Source: Sphaerodactylus townsendi (taxonomy: Eukaryota). Taken from it: DNA of 64,000 nucleotides. Shown here one piece after another: positions 27,531 through 40,074 of the stretch. The position numbers were made by a program, and so were the translations under genes. The DNA lies in assembly GCF_021028975.2 (NCBI RefSeq), contig NC_059432.1, forward strand, positions 63,736,001 through 63,800,000, written 5' to 3'. The notes under the pieces were generated by a model. The model was not told the origin of the DNA. It saw only the letters and a program-made list of their open reading frames with translations, and ran no database searches. The stretch's first letter is position 1. Every line of letters begins with the position of its first letter.

Positions 27531-27934
27531 TGACACCAAGAGCTTGTTGTGGGAGAAGAAGACAGAGCTCACTGTCACTTTCTCCAGCTTTTGATCAGGA
27601 ATCAGAGAGTTGTATCCCTCACCCCCCACCCCTCAGAATTCCAGTTCTCATTGCTTTTTTAAAAAACAACAACAACTATTTCTCATGTTTGTAGAGGAAA
27701 GCATTGGAACAATCCTTAAAATGCCCAGATACAAGAGGCAACCAGTGTAGCACTCTCAATGATCAAAGGACAGTCCCCAGAAAGCCGGAACTGGGAGATA
27801 CTACAAGGGTTATCTAGTGAATCCAAACATATGTCCATAACATAGGACATTCTCAGTAGTGCAAGGACATGTCTGAGCAGCATTTCTGGTGGTTCAGGGT
27901 ATGAAGCTGAGCCCTGCTAATTTAATCAGAGTTA

Positions 27935-28140
27935 GAAAGTGCCATCAAGTCACAGCTGACTTCAGGGACCTGAATAGGGTTTTCAAGGCAAGGGATGTTC
28001 AGAGGTGATTTGCCATGGCCTGTCTCTGCATTGCAGCCCTGGACTTTCTTGGTGATTTCCTATCCAAGTAAAAACCACGGCCAAACCTGTTCACCTTCCA
28101 AGATATGCTGAGACTGGGCTAGTCTGGGCAATCCAGGCTG
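27935..28140 (-). mobile_element. SINE with a degenerate 5S-rRNA-derived head
   Basis: 28051-28120 resembles the reverse complement of 5S rRNA (TCC.ATCCAAGTA..AACCA.GGCC..ACC.TG.T.A.CTTCC.AGAT); the body resembles the fragment at about 47565-47655. Confidence 0.6.
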
Positions 28141-28981
28141 GGGGTGCTAATTTAAACAATTATAATATTGTGTAGAATATTGTTCACCTGAGCACAGAAT
28201 GCTTCTCTTTTAGCCTATTCTAAAGCATTCCTGAAGGATGCTCATCCAGCCTCCTTTTAAAAGCCAGAGAAGCAGAATCTCCCAACATCTCCCACTGCTA
28301 ATTCTTCTTAGCACTAAGAAAGCATCTTCCTAATTACTTTGACTTGATCTGCCCAGTTGCAGAGTGTATGGAGTGTTTTCACTCCATACAGCAATCTGTT
28401 TTTACCCTCCTCATGGAGGTAGTGATAAAACTGTTCCAAATCCTAGTATGATATCAGTTTCTATGGCCAGTAAATATTATGCAAATGAACGTATCTACAC
28501 CAATAGTGGAACAATATTACCATCTGGCCAGTCTTCAGTTGTCGGAGTTCTTTAAAACTCCATTTGATTGTGGCAGAATATAGTCTCCAGCTAAAAAAAA
28601 GAAGGAAATATGTTGACAACAAGTCCTAAGGGGAGCATGCTTCAAAAGGAAAGCTCTCTTAGTAGGAGATCCTAGCAGCCTTCACAATAACGACAACACT
28701 TCTGCTAATATATTATTTAAAATCTATGTGCTCCTCCCTTTTTCCTACTAGACCCTTTAAATAGCGTTGTCAAGTGTGCAAAATACTTTGCAATCTTTGT
28801 TTCATTCATTTGCATACCAGTCTATGAGACTGACATTAGTGACCTCCCTCAGTACAATCTATCAAAGCTAGTTAAATACACTCAGAACCCTGGACTTTTC
28901 CCAGAGAAGGGTCCATTGTTTGGCTTCAGCACATATAAGAATTTGCAGAGAACAGATGAGGAAGCCCCCCACTTCCTTCCA

Positions 28982-29346
28982 TCACCAGTCCCTCTCGTGT
29001 GGTTTCCGGTAAGGCAGTCCCAAATGCACGAACACGTCCTTCTCAGTGAGAGTAGGCAGAATAACGCCAGGCGCTACTTTGAGGCCACCAGGTCCTCGCA
29101 CCACGCCACGGCTGAGGCCGTGCTCAGACAGACTCATGCCCCTCGTCTTGGCCAGGGCCCGCATGGAGCGGTTGAAGTGGGCCGATCCTGTGAAGTACAG
29201 CAGGGCACAAGCAAACTCACTGTAGGGCACCACAATGATGTCAAGACGTCGGTGGCAACGGCCTGGGCCTGGAAGACGGCAGACTCCCAGGTACTTCTTC
29301 TGGTTGCCATTGTCCTCTTGACTCACCAAGTCATCTGTGAGAAACC
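28982..29346 (-). CDS. POLL: Pol lambda last exon (D490, YFTGS, thumb) with TGA stop
   Basis: FLTDDLVS...[31 protein letters not shown]...[13 protein letters not shown]; the total CDS sums to 1728 nt = 575 aa. Confidence 0.97.
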
Positions 29347-30141
29347 CTAAGAAGAAAGGCATGAATCACAGAGGAGATTACCGGTTGCCTGGATGACGAC
29401 AAAGAGCTATAACCCTTCTCTACAAGTAAACTTGTGCCAGGGTTCCTTGCTTGCTAGCACTAGTACTGGGCTTTGCCTGACCAGAGTCATTTCTGACATG
29501 ATCCTGGGAGATACAATGTCATGACGGTTCATGGTGTCCTACATGGCACCCAAAACTACACTGTCAGAGTTACTAGCATCCTTGTCCCTTTGGGGACCTC
29601 TCTAGGCCAATACCTAGGAGATGGGCAATTTTTAAATGACTAGATGGAGAGACAGCTCAGTTGCCTATGTGGTCTCAGCACAGAGAGACAAGGAAGCTAA
29701 CCAAGTCATTTTCTGGTCACAGTGGGTCTCATGTTAATAGAATGATAGAGACGAAAAACAGATGACACTGAACATCCCTAAACAGAAAAATTCCCAAAAA
29801 GGAATAAAATATACTATTAAAATTATGGCAAACCATATAAAGCTGCTCTGTATATGATCATATAGCACTTCATCGTGAACTGCCATACCAATAGCTACAT
29901 ATCTGTTCCAGCTGCCTACAAAAGGGGGAAAAAGGTCTCTCCACCTAATGAAATGTCAGTACTGTTCATTACTGTAGCAGCACTACAATTAGTGATCAGA
30001 ACAACTCAACACGGCAGCACCAATGGCAGATCTGGATTCGTATCCTTGCTATTTCAAAGGGACTCTTGGGTACAGGAGAATGTGGCAGCACATCCCAATT
30101 CTTCTAACCATTTTACAGCCCGAGCAGATATCTCCCCGTAC

Positions 30142-30310
30142 CAGTTCTCCGGAGACTGTCAAGCAGCTTGTTGAATACTCCTTGATGAGAGTGCCCATCT
30201 GGGTGGGTCACTAACACATCCACATCGCCACAGGTGGGCTTGCCCCGTCGGAATGAGCCACAGGCCATGCACACCAGTCCAGGCACGACAGACTGGGCAG
30301 TTTCTCTGAC
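30142..30310 (-). CDS. POLL: Pol lambda exon 8, catalytic palm (D427, D429)
   Basis: Read by hand because the ORF track shows another frame: [56 protein letters not shown]; PolX GS.RRG...GDxD motif; 169 nt; GAG acceptor, G|GTACG donor. Confidence 0.95.
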
Positions 30311-32329
30311 CTCCAGGAAAATAAGAGAGATTAGAGGATTTACCAGGACACATTTCTACTTATTCAGCTTCATTACTGTTCAGTACTGGTGGTCCTGCCT
30401 TGTCCAATCTCAAGATAGTGGTCTACAGGACACAGCACAAGACTCTGGAAAATAGCTTCCGCAGTCACAGAAAAAGTTTACACCCTGGAAGCAGCCTACT
30501 TAGGATTCAGCTATCTGGCCTTCCAGGCAAGCAACAACAATAATTTGTGCCACCATAATCCAAATCCCATGGCAAGAAAGCTGAATTCATGCATACATTA
30601 TTCAAATCCATTAAAAGTATACTTAATTTCTTATTCTGAATCATTTATTTTACTTTTGCAAGACATGGGGTAAGGCTGAGACACTGCCCCAGATCTTTGC
30701 TCCTGGACCACAGAAAACTCTGTTGAGTCTCACTCTGATTTCAAGGTAGTCACCACAATTTTCCCCAAAGCTCACAAGGATATCTTCAAAACTGTAAGGG
30801 ATATACCTCAATTTTCCTTTCAAAACAAAAAATTTCAGTATGCTGAAACCTCGGAATCAAAAAACTCTTCAACTATGTTATTTTCCTGTCTTGCAGCCCG
30901 ATATCAAAAGTCCTTCCAAATAAGGTATGTTATCCTGGCTCAGTGGTATAGCGCCAAGGGGATGGGTGGCATGACACACCGGGCACGCGCCCCTGTGGAA
31001 ACAAGGAAGGGGCATTTCGGGGCAGGGGCGTGGCAGGGGCGCAGGGTGCACACGTACCCCAGGCGCAATTCCCCCTCGCTCCGCCCCTGTCCTGGCTGTA
31101 TAGCTGAACAAGCAAATTCCAACGTGTTCTGCCAAAATTATAACAAGCAGTCATAGAAGAAACAGGTGAACAAGAGACAAGAAGAATTTTGCAGCTGTTA
31201 TTACACAGGATAAGAAAACAAGAGCAGAAGCAAGATGTGTGTGGTATAGGGATCACACCTCAGTTTCAAAGTCACCTAGGCAGGCCAAAATGACAACCTG
31301 GATGACTTTGACCCTATCTTTCTGCAGGGCTTTTCAGCAGCCCTGCCAATGGGAAGTTCTAGAGCTTCAGAGCAGTGGACACCATCTAGAGCAGGCAAAG
31401 TGCTGGCACTCTCAAGCTTTGCGCTCCTAACAGAGGGGCCACCATCACCACCACGTCCAGTAGATTCCCTTTATCGACACAGCTCTGATGGCTTCATCAA
31501 GGAGACATTGGAAGGTGATCTCAGTACACAGGATTATGGGTATTAGGATGCCAATCACACCAGCAGCTGCCAATCATCCATCTTATTAAACAGAGACATG
31601 ATTGCCAGTTCAGAACATAGCAGATAAAATGGGGGGTTGGGGGGGAGATGCCAAGTGCCCCTTGTCGGTGTCCAGGATCATCCTTCATTAGTGAGGGATA
31701 AACCCATTAACCTTCGCCCCACGACATTTGGAATAGCCTCATGGCTTTTCTAATGCAGATATCTTCCCTCTGCCTGCTTTACATCATCAATGAGGTTTTC
31801 TTGAAAGCAAGCCAGCCACCACACTGGTGCATCCCACCACCTTGGAACTCCACAGACAGCAGCTAATCCTCTCATTCACTCCTCTCTGAGGGGGAGGGGG
31901 GGATAAAGAGATAGGTAATCCCATCAAACCCACAATAGGTCAATTCCCAAGGGCCAAAGCTCTCCAAAGAAATTTAATCCTGGGCAATGCCCAGCCTGGC
32001 AACTACGTATTCTTCAGGAGCAAGCACTGTGACTGAATGACAGGATCATGCTGCCCAGCACTGCCATGGTAATTCTGGTAGACAGGTGGAGCAAAGGGGA
32101 AAGCCCCCTGTGGTCTAGGTCCAAAGCTTGCATCTTCATTTTATTTATTTATTATTAGATTTATTTAGTGCCCTTCCCTGGAAGGCCCAGGGTGGTTTAC
32201 AACAGTCTTGCAGTGCAAACATCTTTATTATTCGCCAAAACGTCTTCTATGAGGCCAGGGCTCAATCCCAGCTGAATCCTCAAAGAGAAGGAAAAGGGAC
32301 AGTGCTTGCAAAACCTATACTCTCCGACC

Positions 32330-32820
32330 TGAACAAAAGAGCATAAATATAGCCAGCTACATCAGACCAGTGGTCTATCCAGTCCAGCGTCATGTTTTGT
32401 GCAATGGCCAACCAGCTGTCCTGCGGGGTCAACAGACAGAGCCTTCCTCTGAGGCTGGGTCCCAGCACTGGTTTGCTCCTTTTACTCACCATGATTAGCA
32501 GCAATTGGAAAACATCTTCTAGATGGTACTGTCTTTTTAAAACGATCGATGCTTTTGGCCATCAGTACTTCCACGGGCAGGGAACCCCAGTTTAATTGTT
32601 CATTGGATACAGATGCTTTTGCCTGCCCTGAACCTACTTCCCCAGCACTCAGTGGTGCCCCTGAGTCCTAGTATTACAGCCCATTGATGAGATTCACTAC
32701 AGGAATTCACAAGATGCTCCTGAGGTACTGCCTTCCCATGAGGCCCTCTGTGTCTGGTTTTAAACAGGAAGAACTTATCTACGTGCTCAGTCATCTCATT
32801 TAAACTGTCCTATGGTGTGT
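32330..32820 (-). mobile_element. Old CR1 3'-end fragment
   Basis: ATCAGACCAGTGGTCTATCCAGTCCAGC closely matches the reverse complement of the CR1 3' region at 10921-10947. Confidence 0.5.
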
Positions 32821-33919
32821 GCACCATTAGCAAGCCAGTATGCCATGACTGCCCACTTTATGGACCTCGGTGGTGCTAAAGATGCTCACAAAACATCTGG
32901 GAGTCCAGGGTGGACAAAATGCTGAACGTGTGAAAGATCATATAGGTAACATCTCACTTGCCAGAATCATGTTTAAACTACATCTGAAAATCCCTTAATA
33001 GGGCGTAACAAGTCAAGGGTTTACGAAGACTGGGGGAAGAGCTGCTAGTTTACCACCGCAAGATTAGGAAAGGGAAACATGGCTGAAATAAAGCAAGTTT
33101 TGGGCTAGTTCAAAAGAATGTTACAAGTCTGCATAGAAAAGAATGCTGAAAGTCATTAGCTGAGAGGAAGAAGAAGAAGAGGGCGTAGCTTTCTCCTTTC
33201 GTCTAACAGGAAATTTAGCCATAAGGAACTTCACTTTAACTACTGCCCATGTAAAAACACTAAGCTGCAGGATCCAGCATGTTCCAACAGTTGTCGTTCC
33301 TGACGAATGCTGCCATAGTGGCTTCCGTAGGGAAATGATCTCTTGTAGTCACTATGAAACTGGGGGCTCATGGAGATCTTAGTTCCTCTTGTTCACTCTC
33401 GTAACATTAGGAAATTATCCTGCCTTGGTAAGAATTATCCTGCCTTTGGTAAAGAGTAGAGGTTCCAGGCTTAGAGGCAGAGTACCCTGCAGCAGTGAGG
33501 GCAATACCTAACAGCCAGGATGATTAGGTGCAAGACAAGAATTGGTCCAAGCCCTATGCCAAATACTCAAGCTCCTATTTCAAGAAGCTGGCCTGATCCA
33601 TCCTTTCCATTTCACACAGCCTCTATGCCTCCAAAGGTACAGAGCAGATGTGCACACACCCACTGCCCAAAGCTGTTCGAGAACAGAAATGCAGGCCAAA
33701 CAGGCAAACAATTTCCATGCAAAAGTCATCCCGTCACTTAAAAAACCCAGAAGACAGTTTTTTTGGGGGGTTTACCAAACTGGAAAGTAGAAGACATTAG
33801 GAAAGTTAATGTCTCCAAGTCATCAACATAAAGATATATGTGAATCAAGCCCCACTCAACAATGACAATATGATCACGTGATCCTGTTCAAAGTCGTCCT
33901 ATGCAAAAGAGGTACTCAC

Positions 33920-34048
33920 AGTCTGCTCAATTTCTGCAGCTTCTTCCCGTGTCATGCGTCCCAAAAAGTCATTGTAGTGCTTCAAGCCAATGGCTTGTTG
34001 GCTAGTGAGAGAGGCCTTCGTGCGAATGTCATCCAGACTGCGAAAACC
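33920..34048 (-). CDS. POLL: Pol lambda exon 7
   Basis: [43 protein letters not shown]; CAG acceptor, GTGAGT donor; 129 nt. Confidence 0.96.
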
Positions 34049-35310
34049 CTGCCCAAAGAACATGGGACATTCAGACAAAGGAAGCATGCCTATAATAATT
34101 CCTCCTCCACAAGATGCTGTTTGCTTCTATATAGACCTGAGCATTGCCTTGTAAGGCTGGGAGTAAGGAATCATAACAGCCTTCCTTATTTCATCACCAT
34201 ATCTTCAGTGCACTGTTTACAGGCCACTTATAGCCCTGACAGAGGTCTGTGAGTTACTCCCCATCTTTGAGACACTGTCAAACTAAGGCAATACCAACAA
34301 CTAATAAAAGCCAACAAAAAATGGAGACAGTGTTCCTAGGGAAGAAAGGCAAAAAAATTAATCACACAGTTCTGCAATATTTAGGAGACTCAACAGTGAC
34401 ACAATGTCGCTACCGATTGCAAAGAAATAAAGACTGATGCGAATAAGGACCAAGTATCCCCACATGAACTTACCCAACAATTATCGGTCATGTTACCAAA
34501 ACTTTTACCTCCCTCCACAGGGAGATTCATCTCTCTCTCTTTGTCATGGTCTTCTGCTAGTGGGTGTTTTGTTTGGCATTCCCCCACTAACTGTTAATGG
34601 CTCTTTCCCTAGTTGTGGTGTTATGTGCATTTATGTTTTATTGAGTTGTTTAAATGTTTTATACATACTCGCATTCTAAACGTTGTTTCAATTTTGATGT
34701 TTGTTGCCCTGGGGACCCTATTTAGGTGAAAAAAACATCATGGAACTGTTTTTAATACATAAGTAAATGTTGATGTTGTAACATTATCATGGATGGTTCA
34801 TTATTACTGTTTCTGATCATAAATCCCACTACAAATCCCAGCCCAACTTTGCAAATACATCATGCAGCAGATTTTCTTAAAAGGAATTTGTTTTGAGCAC
34901 TCTAAGACTTCCCAGCCTCACCTCACTTTCAATCTGAATGATAGCAAAGATGGACACGAGGAAGATTTGTGGCTTAATCCACTAAACTGCAAATCTCCAC
35001 TCTTCCTAGCAAGACAACCATCACAGGTAAAATGCCAATTCCCATACAGTTCCTAGAAGAGGCCTAACCTTGGTCCCAAAATATGGGTAACAAGTATATG
35101 ACAGGCAAACAACATGTTGTGTTTATGTGCAGATGGTCAGGGACCTCTGACAGGGCCTGCTCCCTTTAAGTATGTTTGTATGTTTTAAGGGGACTTTTAA
35201 CCCTATTATACAAGTTGCCCTGAGACTTTGGCGTAGGCCAAGGTATAAATAAATAAATAAAACAAGTGAAAAAACTGTAGTAGTGCCTGTTATTGTTGAG
35301 AGAAAATTAC

Positions 35311-35484
35311 CCACTGGTACCAAAGCTGAGCCGTCTTGACTCCTGCTCCCCAGATGTTGGAAAATATTTCCAGTACTGACACGCTCTCATTTATGTGATC
35401 CAGCTTGCGTAAGTGCCCACTTTCCAGAATCTCCACGATCTTCTCTGCCATCTGCTTCCCAATCCCAGGGATCTGACAGGCTTC
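35311..35484 (-). CDS. POLL: Pol lambda exon 6, dRP-lyase HhH region
   Basis: [28 protein letters not shown]...[18 protein letters not shown]; lyase Lys at reconstructed position 312; canonical AG/GT; 174 nt. Confidence 0.96.
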
Positions 35485-36980
35485 CTGGAAAACAAAAAAA
35501 TGTTGTCCAGAAGGAAGGCTGAAATCCTGATCCACGAGAAAAATCTAACTTGTTTTTAGCTTATTAAGTTTCAGTTTCCAAATAAGCGAGTCCTTTACAG
35601 GTGCTGCTGTGTCCCCAGGCCCCTACAGGAGCCTTGTTCCTGAATGGGCATTTAGAGATCACAGAACCCACACAGGTAAAATGCACTTGTTTTATTCCCC
35701 CTCTGGCAATAGACCTTTTATCTTCCCAGTAAAGCCGTCTCAAGGCTTCTCTGTATTTTTTTGGTAGTTGGGGTGCGGGTAAAATTCCAGCAGTTTTAAT
35801 TTTAAAACCGTAGGATATGGCATAGCACAAAATTGTTTCTCAGGGAGAAGTAAAGGTCTGGAAAAAAAATCAGGAAAAGCCTGTTTTTGCCTAGGGACAA
35901 ATTTTCAGTTCTTCCCAAGGAAAATTTGAAATTCTGTGTGGAATACTAAGAGCGCCGAAGGGGGGGGGGGGGCGGACACGACGACATCCTGCCTGTCATG
36001 TTTCTGCAGACGCACCTTTGTGCTTCTATCAGGGGTTGTCCCCAGACTGACATGGATTAAGGAACAGACTAACACTGGCCACAGCCCACCATCCGCCCAT
36101 GACAGCAGTGCAGAGTCCTGAGGATGAATTGCGCTAGTATGCAGCTACTGCGGAATTGCACTGGCACCTGAGAGCAGCTCAGTGGCCCTGGGGTCCTGCA
36201 CTGGGGCACGTGCTCCTTCAGGTGGCATATTTCTGAGATATGCCAATATAAAGGTCAGTCTGCTCCCTAAGCCCCTTTACACACACCCCTTAGGATTGCA
36301 CTGTGAGGATTTTTTTGTTCAAATTGTACCTTTTTCTGCTTATTACAAAATCTGTGATTTCTATTTTCAACTTTCAGTTTTTCCTGCCTCTCAGATGACA
36401 AAAACTAAGGTACATGTGCTAAGGTAGCATGGTATGCAGCACTGTGCAGCTCCCCCTTTTCAGCAGCGGGTATATCAGCAATTTTGGTTGCACAAAATTA
36501 AGGCATTTGTACTTTTAAAGTTCATAAACGTGCCAAATACTACTTTTATATTTTAACTAGGTTATATTTTGCATATTTTATAGCAGTAAAATAAATATAG
36601 ATTTGAAAAAATACTTCATATATTCCAATTTTTCTTCACCACTCCATTTTCCCCCAGAAAGCAAAAACATTTCCAATGACTGCAAAACATTCAACATTTT
36701 TATATTTCAACAGACAAAGCAGTAACTGACCAGCAGCGGTGAGCAACCGGGGGCAGGCCATATGCTTCTTTACTCTTGCAGTGTAACATAACTCCTAGCC
36801 CGTTGCTACAAATGCAAAGTGCAACTTGGATATACTCATGTGATGCAGGACAGAAAGAAGCCAGCTACGCCACAAACTCAGCGGCTACTCCTTTTGTACT
36901 GCACAACAATAGCAAATGAAAGAAAAGTAGAATTCTACATGAAAAAAAAATCATTTAGCCCTTGCTCTTATCCCAGTTAC

Positions 36981-37289
36981 CTGGTAGGAAGAGACTGGCT
37001 TGGGGTAGCTCTTGAGTGCATTAATGGCTTTGGAGTAACCCAGAGCTCGCCATTTGTCCCCCTGGACTGAGTAGGCTTTTGCCAGTGCCTCCAGCTTCTC
37101 TGTAATGCATTGATTCTGATTAGTCTTCTTATGTTCAGAAGACTGAGCACAAACCCACTTGCCAGAGGGAAGTCCTACTGAAGAGTCTCCAGAAGAAACC
37201 TTCAGGTCTCGGCCTGACCTCAATGCCTCCAGCTCTCCTTGAGTGATGTCAGGGTCTTCCCCCTCACTTCCCTCATCAACGGAGGCCCT
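36981..37289 (-). CDS. POLL: Pol lambda exon 5, linker and start of the 8-kDa lyase domain
   Basis: KWVCAQSS...[42 protein letters not shown]; AAG acceptor; donor CAG|GTAAC; 309 nt. Confidence 0.93.
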
Positions 37290-38324
37290 CTTTAGAGAGA
37301 CACAACACAGAAAGCAATTAAAAACGGTCATTGCAATCGGCTCACAATGCTCAAAGGTGGAGGAAACTAAAGGATAGGAAGTGTTCGGTCCTAAAAGAGC
37401 CATACCAATACTTAGGTACAACCACAGGGAAAGGCAATTAACATCAGCCAAGCTAACATGTGCACATTCCCATTTTCTTCCCTCAATTATAACAAGCATT
37501 TTCATGAATAATAAGCTGCTTTAAGCAGGTTTGTGGAGAGGCAGCACATATAAATGTTCAAAATAAATAAATAAAGCAGGGAAACACAACTGGCCCTTGG
37601 CTGTGGCTGCTGTTAGTTAATGAAGTTGAGCACGCACATGAAAATTCATGAGGCATGATGTTCCAGCTAGCAGTGGCAACCACAGAAGAAGCCTCCATCT
37701 TCTGCATCCTGCAGCCACTAGAGGGCAACAACATTCCATAGTGAACAAACAGGCTATCCCATTAGCAAGGGAACGTAAAGGATGCAATAGTAGTTAGGAA
37801 GCCAAGGGAGACCATACTCCTTAAGGTCTAGTCCAAATGGTTTACACTTTAGTTATGTAGCAGTTATATACCACAATCATATGAGTCTATTAACTGATTT
37901 TAATGTTGTATTAAAATCAGCAAAATTAATATATAGGTCTCTTAGACCATAATGGAAAGAGACTGATATTAGGTTGTTAAGAGGACTGCCTCAGTAGACT
38001 GACAAACCCAAACAACAGGCCATGCATCTTAAGCACAAAAACAGCTTGCTAAATATTCCTTAGACAATTTCCTATAATCCTTGAAATTTAGGTAGACACA
38101 ACCAAGCTTGACAAAGATCCACACCCAGAATAATTCATATGATGGGCTTTCAGGGGAAGGCCCACCAAAAAGTTACCAGGGTAAGATCCACCTTCTACAA
38201 GGACACCCAGAGCTCATTTCAATCATCCCATTCAGAAGAAAAAAAGTGCCTGTGTCTGTCCAGTAAATCAGTTGAGTTTGTAATCATCAGACCCAAGCTC
38301 TGAGAGCATCCCCTTACTCTAGCT

Positions 38325-38507
38325 TAGTGGTTCTCAGCCTTCCTAATGTCGTGACCCTTTAATATAGGTCCTCATGTTGTGGTGACCCCCAACCCTGACA
38401 TTTATCCATTTTACAGATGGAGAACACTGATGCAGAGAGTCCTAGGCGACCCCTGTGAAAGGGTCATTCGACCCCCAAAGGGGTCGTGACCCACAGGTTG
38501 AGAACTG
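38325..38507 (-). mobile_element. SPIN/URR1-like non-autonomous hAT element in POLL intron 4
   Basis: Termini resemble SPIN/URR1 (GGTTCTCAACCTGTGGGTC.CGACCCCTTTGGGGGTCGAA...); 8-bp TSD CTCTAGCT at 38317-38324 and 38508-38515. Confidence 0.8.
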
Positions 38508-38625
38508 CTCTAGCTGCTCTAGCTGAAGCCTGACGTTGGTTTATTAGGAAATCTTTGGCCTAACCTATAAAAATATTTCAAAACACAAATGTTGGATGGC
38601 CACTGACTAGCGTATAAAGGCCTAC

Positions 38626-38794
38626 CCTTTCAGCTCCCCACTGTCCTGTGGAATTGGCTGCACTGCAAGAAGAGGTGAGCTCCGTCTGTGGTTCAGCCTT
38701 TAGTTCCAGGACTGCACAAACCATTTGGGGCTGGATCTTCTCCTCATCCAGAACCTGTGGTTGCCTCTTCGAAAGGTCTGCCACATCCAGATAC
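38626..38794 (-). CDS. POLL: Pol lambda exon 4, linker region
   Basis: Acceptor TTCCTGGCAG|G and donor AGG|GTAGG; 169 nt converts phase 2 to phase 0 and keeps the frame; RYLDVADL...GAER. Confidence 0.85.
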
Positions 38795-39375
38795 CTGCCA
38801 GGAAACAATATACAGCATAACTCAGTCACTGGATCCGAAGACATCCAAAGGCCCAGGAAAGCAGAAAAATAGGGAGTTTGTGCACTATCTATGTGGCTGG
38901 ATGTCAACCCCTGCATGCTGCTAGCAATGCTAACCCACCCTAGCTTCCTTTATGCATACAGCGCTGTCAATGCACCAAAACTGTAACATACAGCCATCTG
39001 AAAGTTTATGAACTTTTCATTATTGTGGGTTCTGCCTTGCAATAACCCAAGTTATGGTTTCTTCTTATGAATCTGACACACTGTTCGCTGCAAGTAAAAA
39101 ATATATTCAATTGCAGATATGATTGAATAACGTAACTATATTTCACTGACCCATTAGATTTTGGATAAAAGTATCATCATAGATGATGGCATTGTATTTT
39201 ATACATCTGTTTTTGGAGGGTTTTTCAGGCACCAAACTTTTTCACAAATGACACAAAAGCAAAACAACTCCTGTCAGTGAGGCACAAGACAACTTTGTTC
39301 CGTGCATTCCCAAGAGAAGAATTCAATTTCTATTTACAACTTGGAAAGGAGAAGGTATACAGGAAGGACTCCTAC

Positions 39376-39673
39376 CTGTCTGGGATGAAGAGACTATAGC
39401 CAGTCGTGCTCAACATCTTCTGCTCAGCAACACATGAACTCAGCCAGGAAGCCTTCACCAGTTGCAGTCCGGGAGGTAACTTGGCTAGTTTGAGGAGTCG
39501 GAAGGCCCTGTCGCAATCCATGCCTTCATCTAATATAACATGAGTTACATCTGATGAAAGATGGCTGCAAACATGACCCCCATTATGAACGATCTGCTTG
39601 CGGAAGATCTCAGCCCTGGCCTGGCCCATTCCTGCTTGCACTACATATGCTGTGACAGGCTCCAACCACCCTG
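39376..39673 (-). CDS. POLL: Pol lambda exon 3, BRCT domain
   Basis: WLEPVTAYVVQAGMGQARAEIFRKQIVHNGG...VTHVILDEGMD...LVKASWLSSCV; CAGCAG acceptor (start 39673 or 39670); donor AG|GTAGG. Confidence 0.95.
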
Positions 39674-39959
39674 CTGAGGAAAGCCAGAGAGAAAAAGACT
39701 TATTGAAGAAAAGACTGTTTTCATGCCTTGTGTGAATCTGGCAGTTTGAATCCATAATCAACATATATATACAGGAGCCAATATATAGGAGGCTAACTGC
39801 ACTTTGGGCCATAACCAATATGTTAGTGCCCTCTTCAGATGTTAAGTAGCTTCTTCCAAAGCGAATTATTTGTCCACATTAATCTATGACACAGCAGGGG
39901 CAGGTTCTCACATAACGTAAGCTCCAGGCCAAAGCAGGACAAGAAAACAGAGGACTTAC

Positions 39960-40074
39960 AATTAACATTTCTGATTTCTTCTCCTTTCAAGACTTTTGCA
40001 GGGCCTGCCTTCTGTGAACCATCTGTGATTTTCTTCCGTTTAGGGAAAGCTTTGACAATTCCTTGAAGCTCCAT
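39960..40074 (-). CDS. POLL: DNA polymerase lambda, first coding exon (exon 2; the exon starts at 40116 including 5'UTR)
   Basis: ATG at 40074; MELQGIVKAFPKRKKI resembles the Pol lambda N-terminus/NLS; donor T|GTAAGT at 39959; 115 nt, phase 1. Confidence 0.93.

Noticed and set aside
28051-28120. 5S rRNA gene
   Set aside because: Too degenerate and fused to a SINE body
1-28900. Expected BTRC 3' exons by synteny
   Set aside because: I found no beta-TrCP coding motif; the gene presumably ends before the window
28916-29350. 144-aa plus-strand ORF
   Set aside because: Antisense shadow of the last POLL exon
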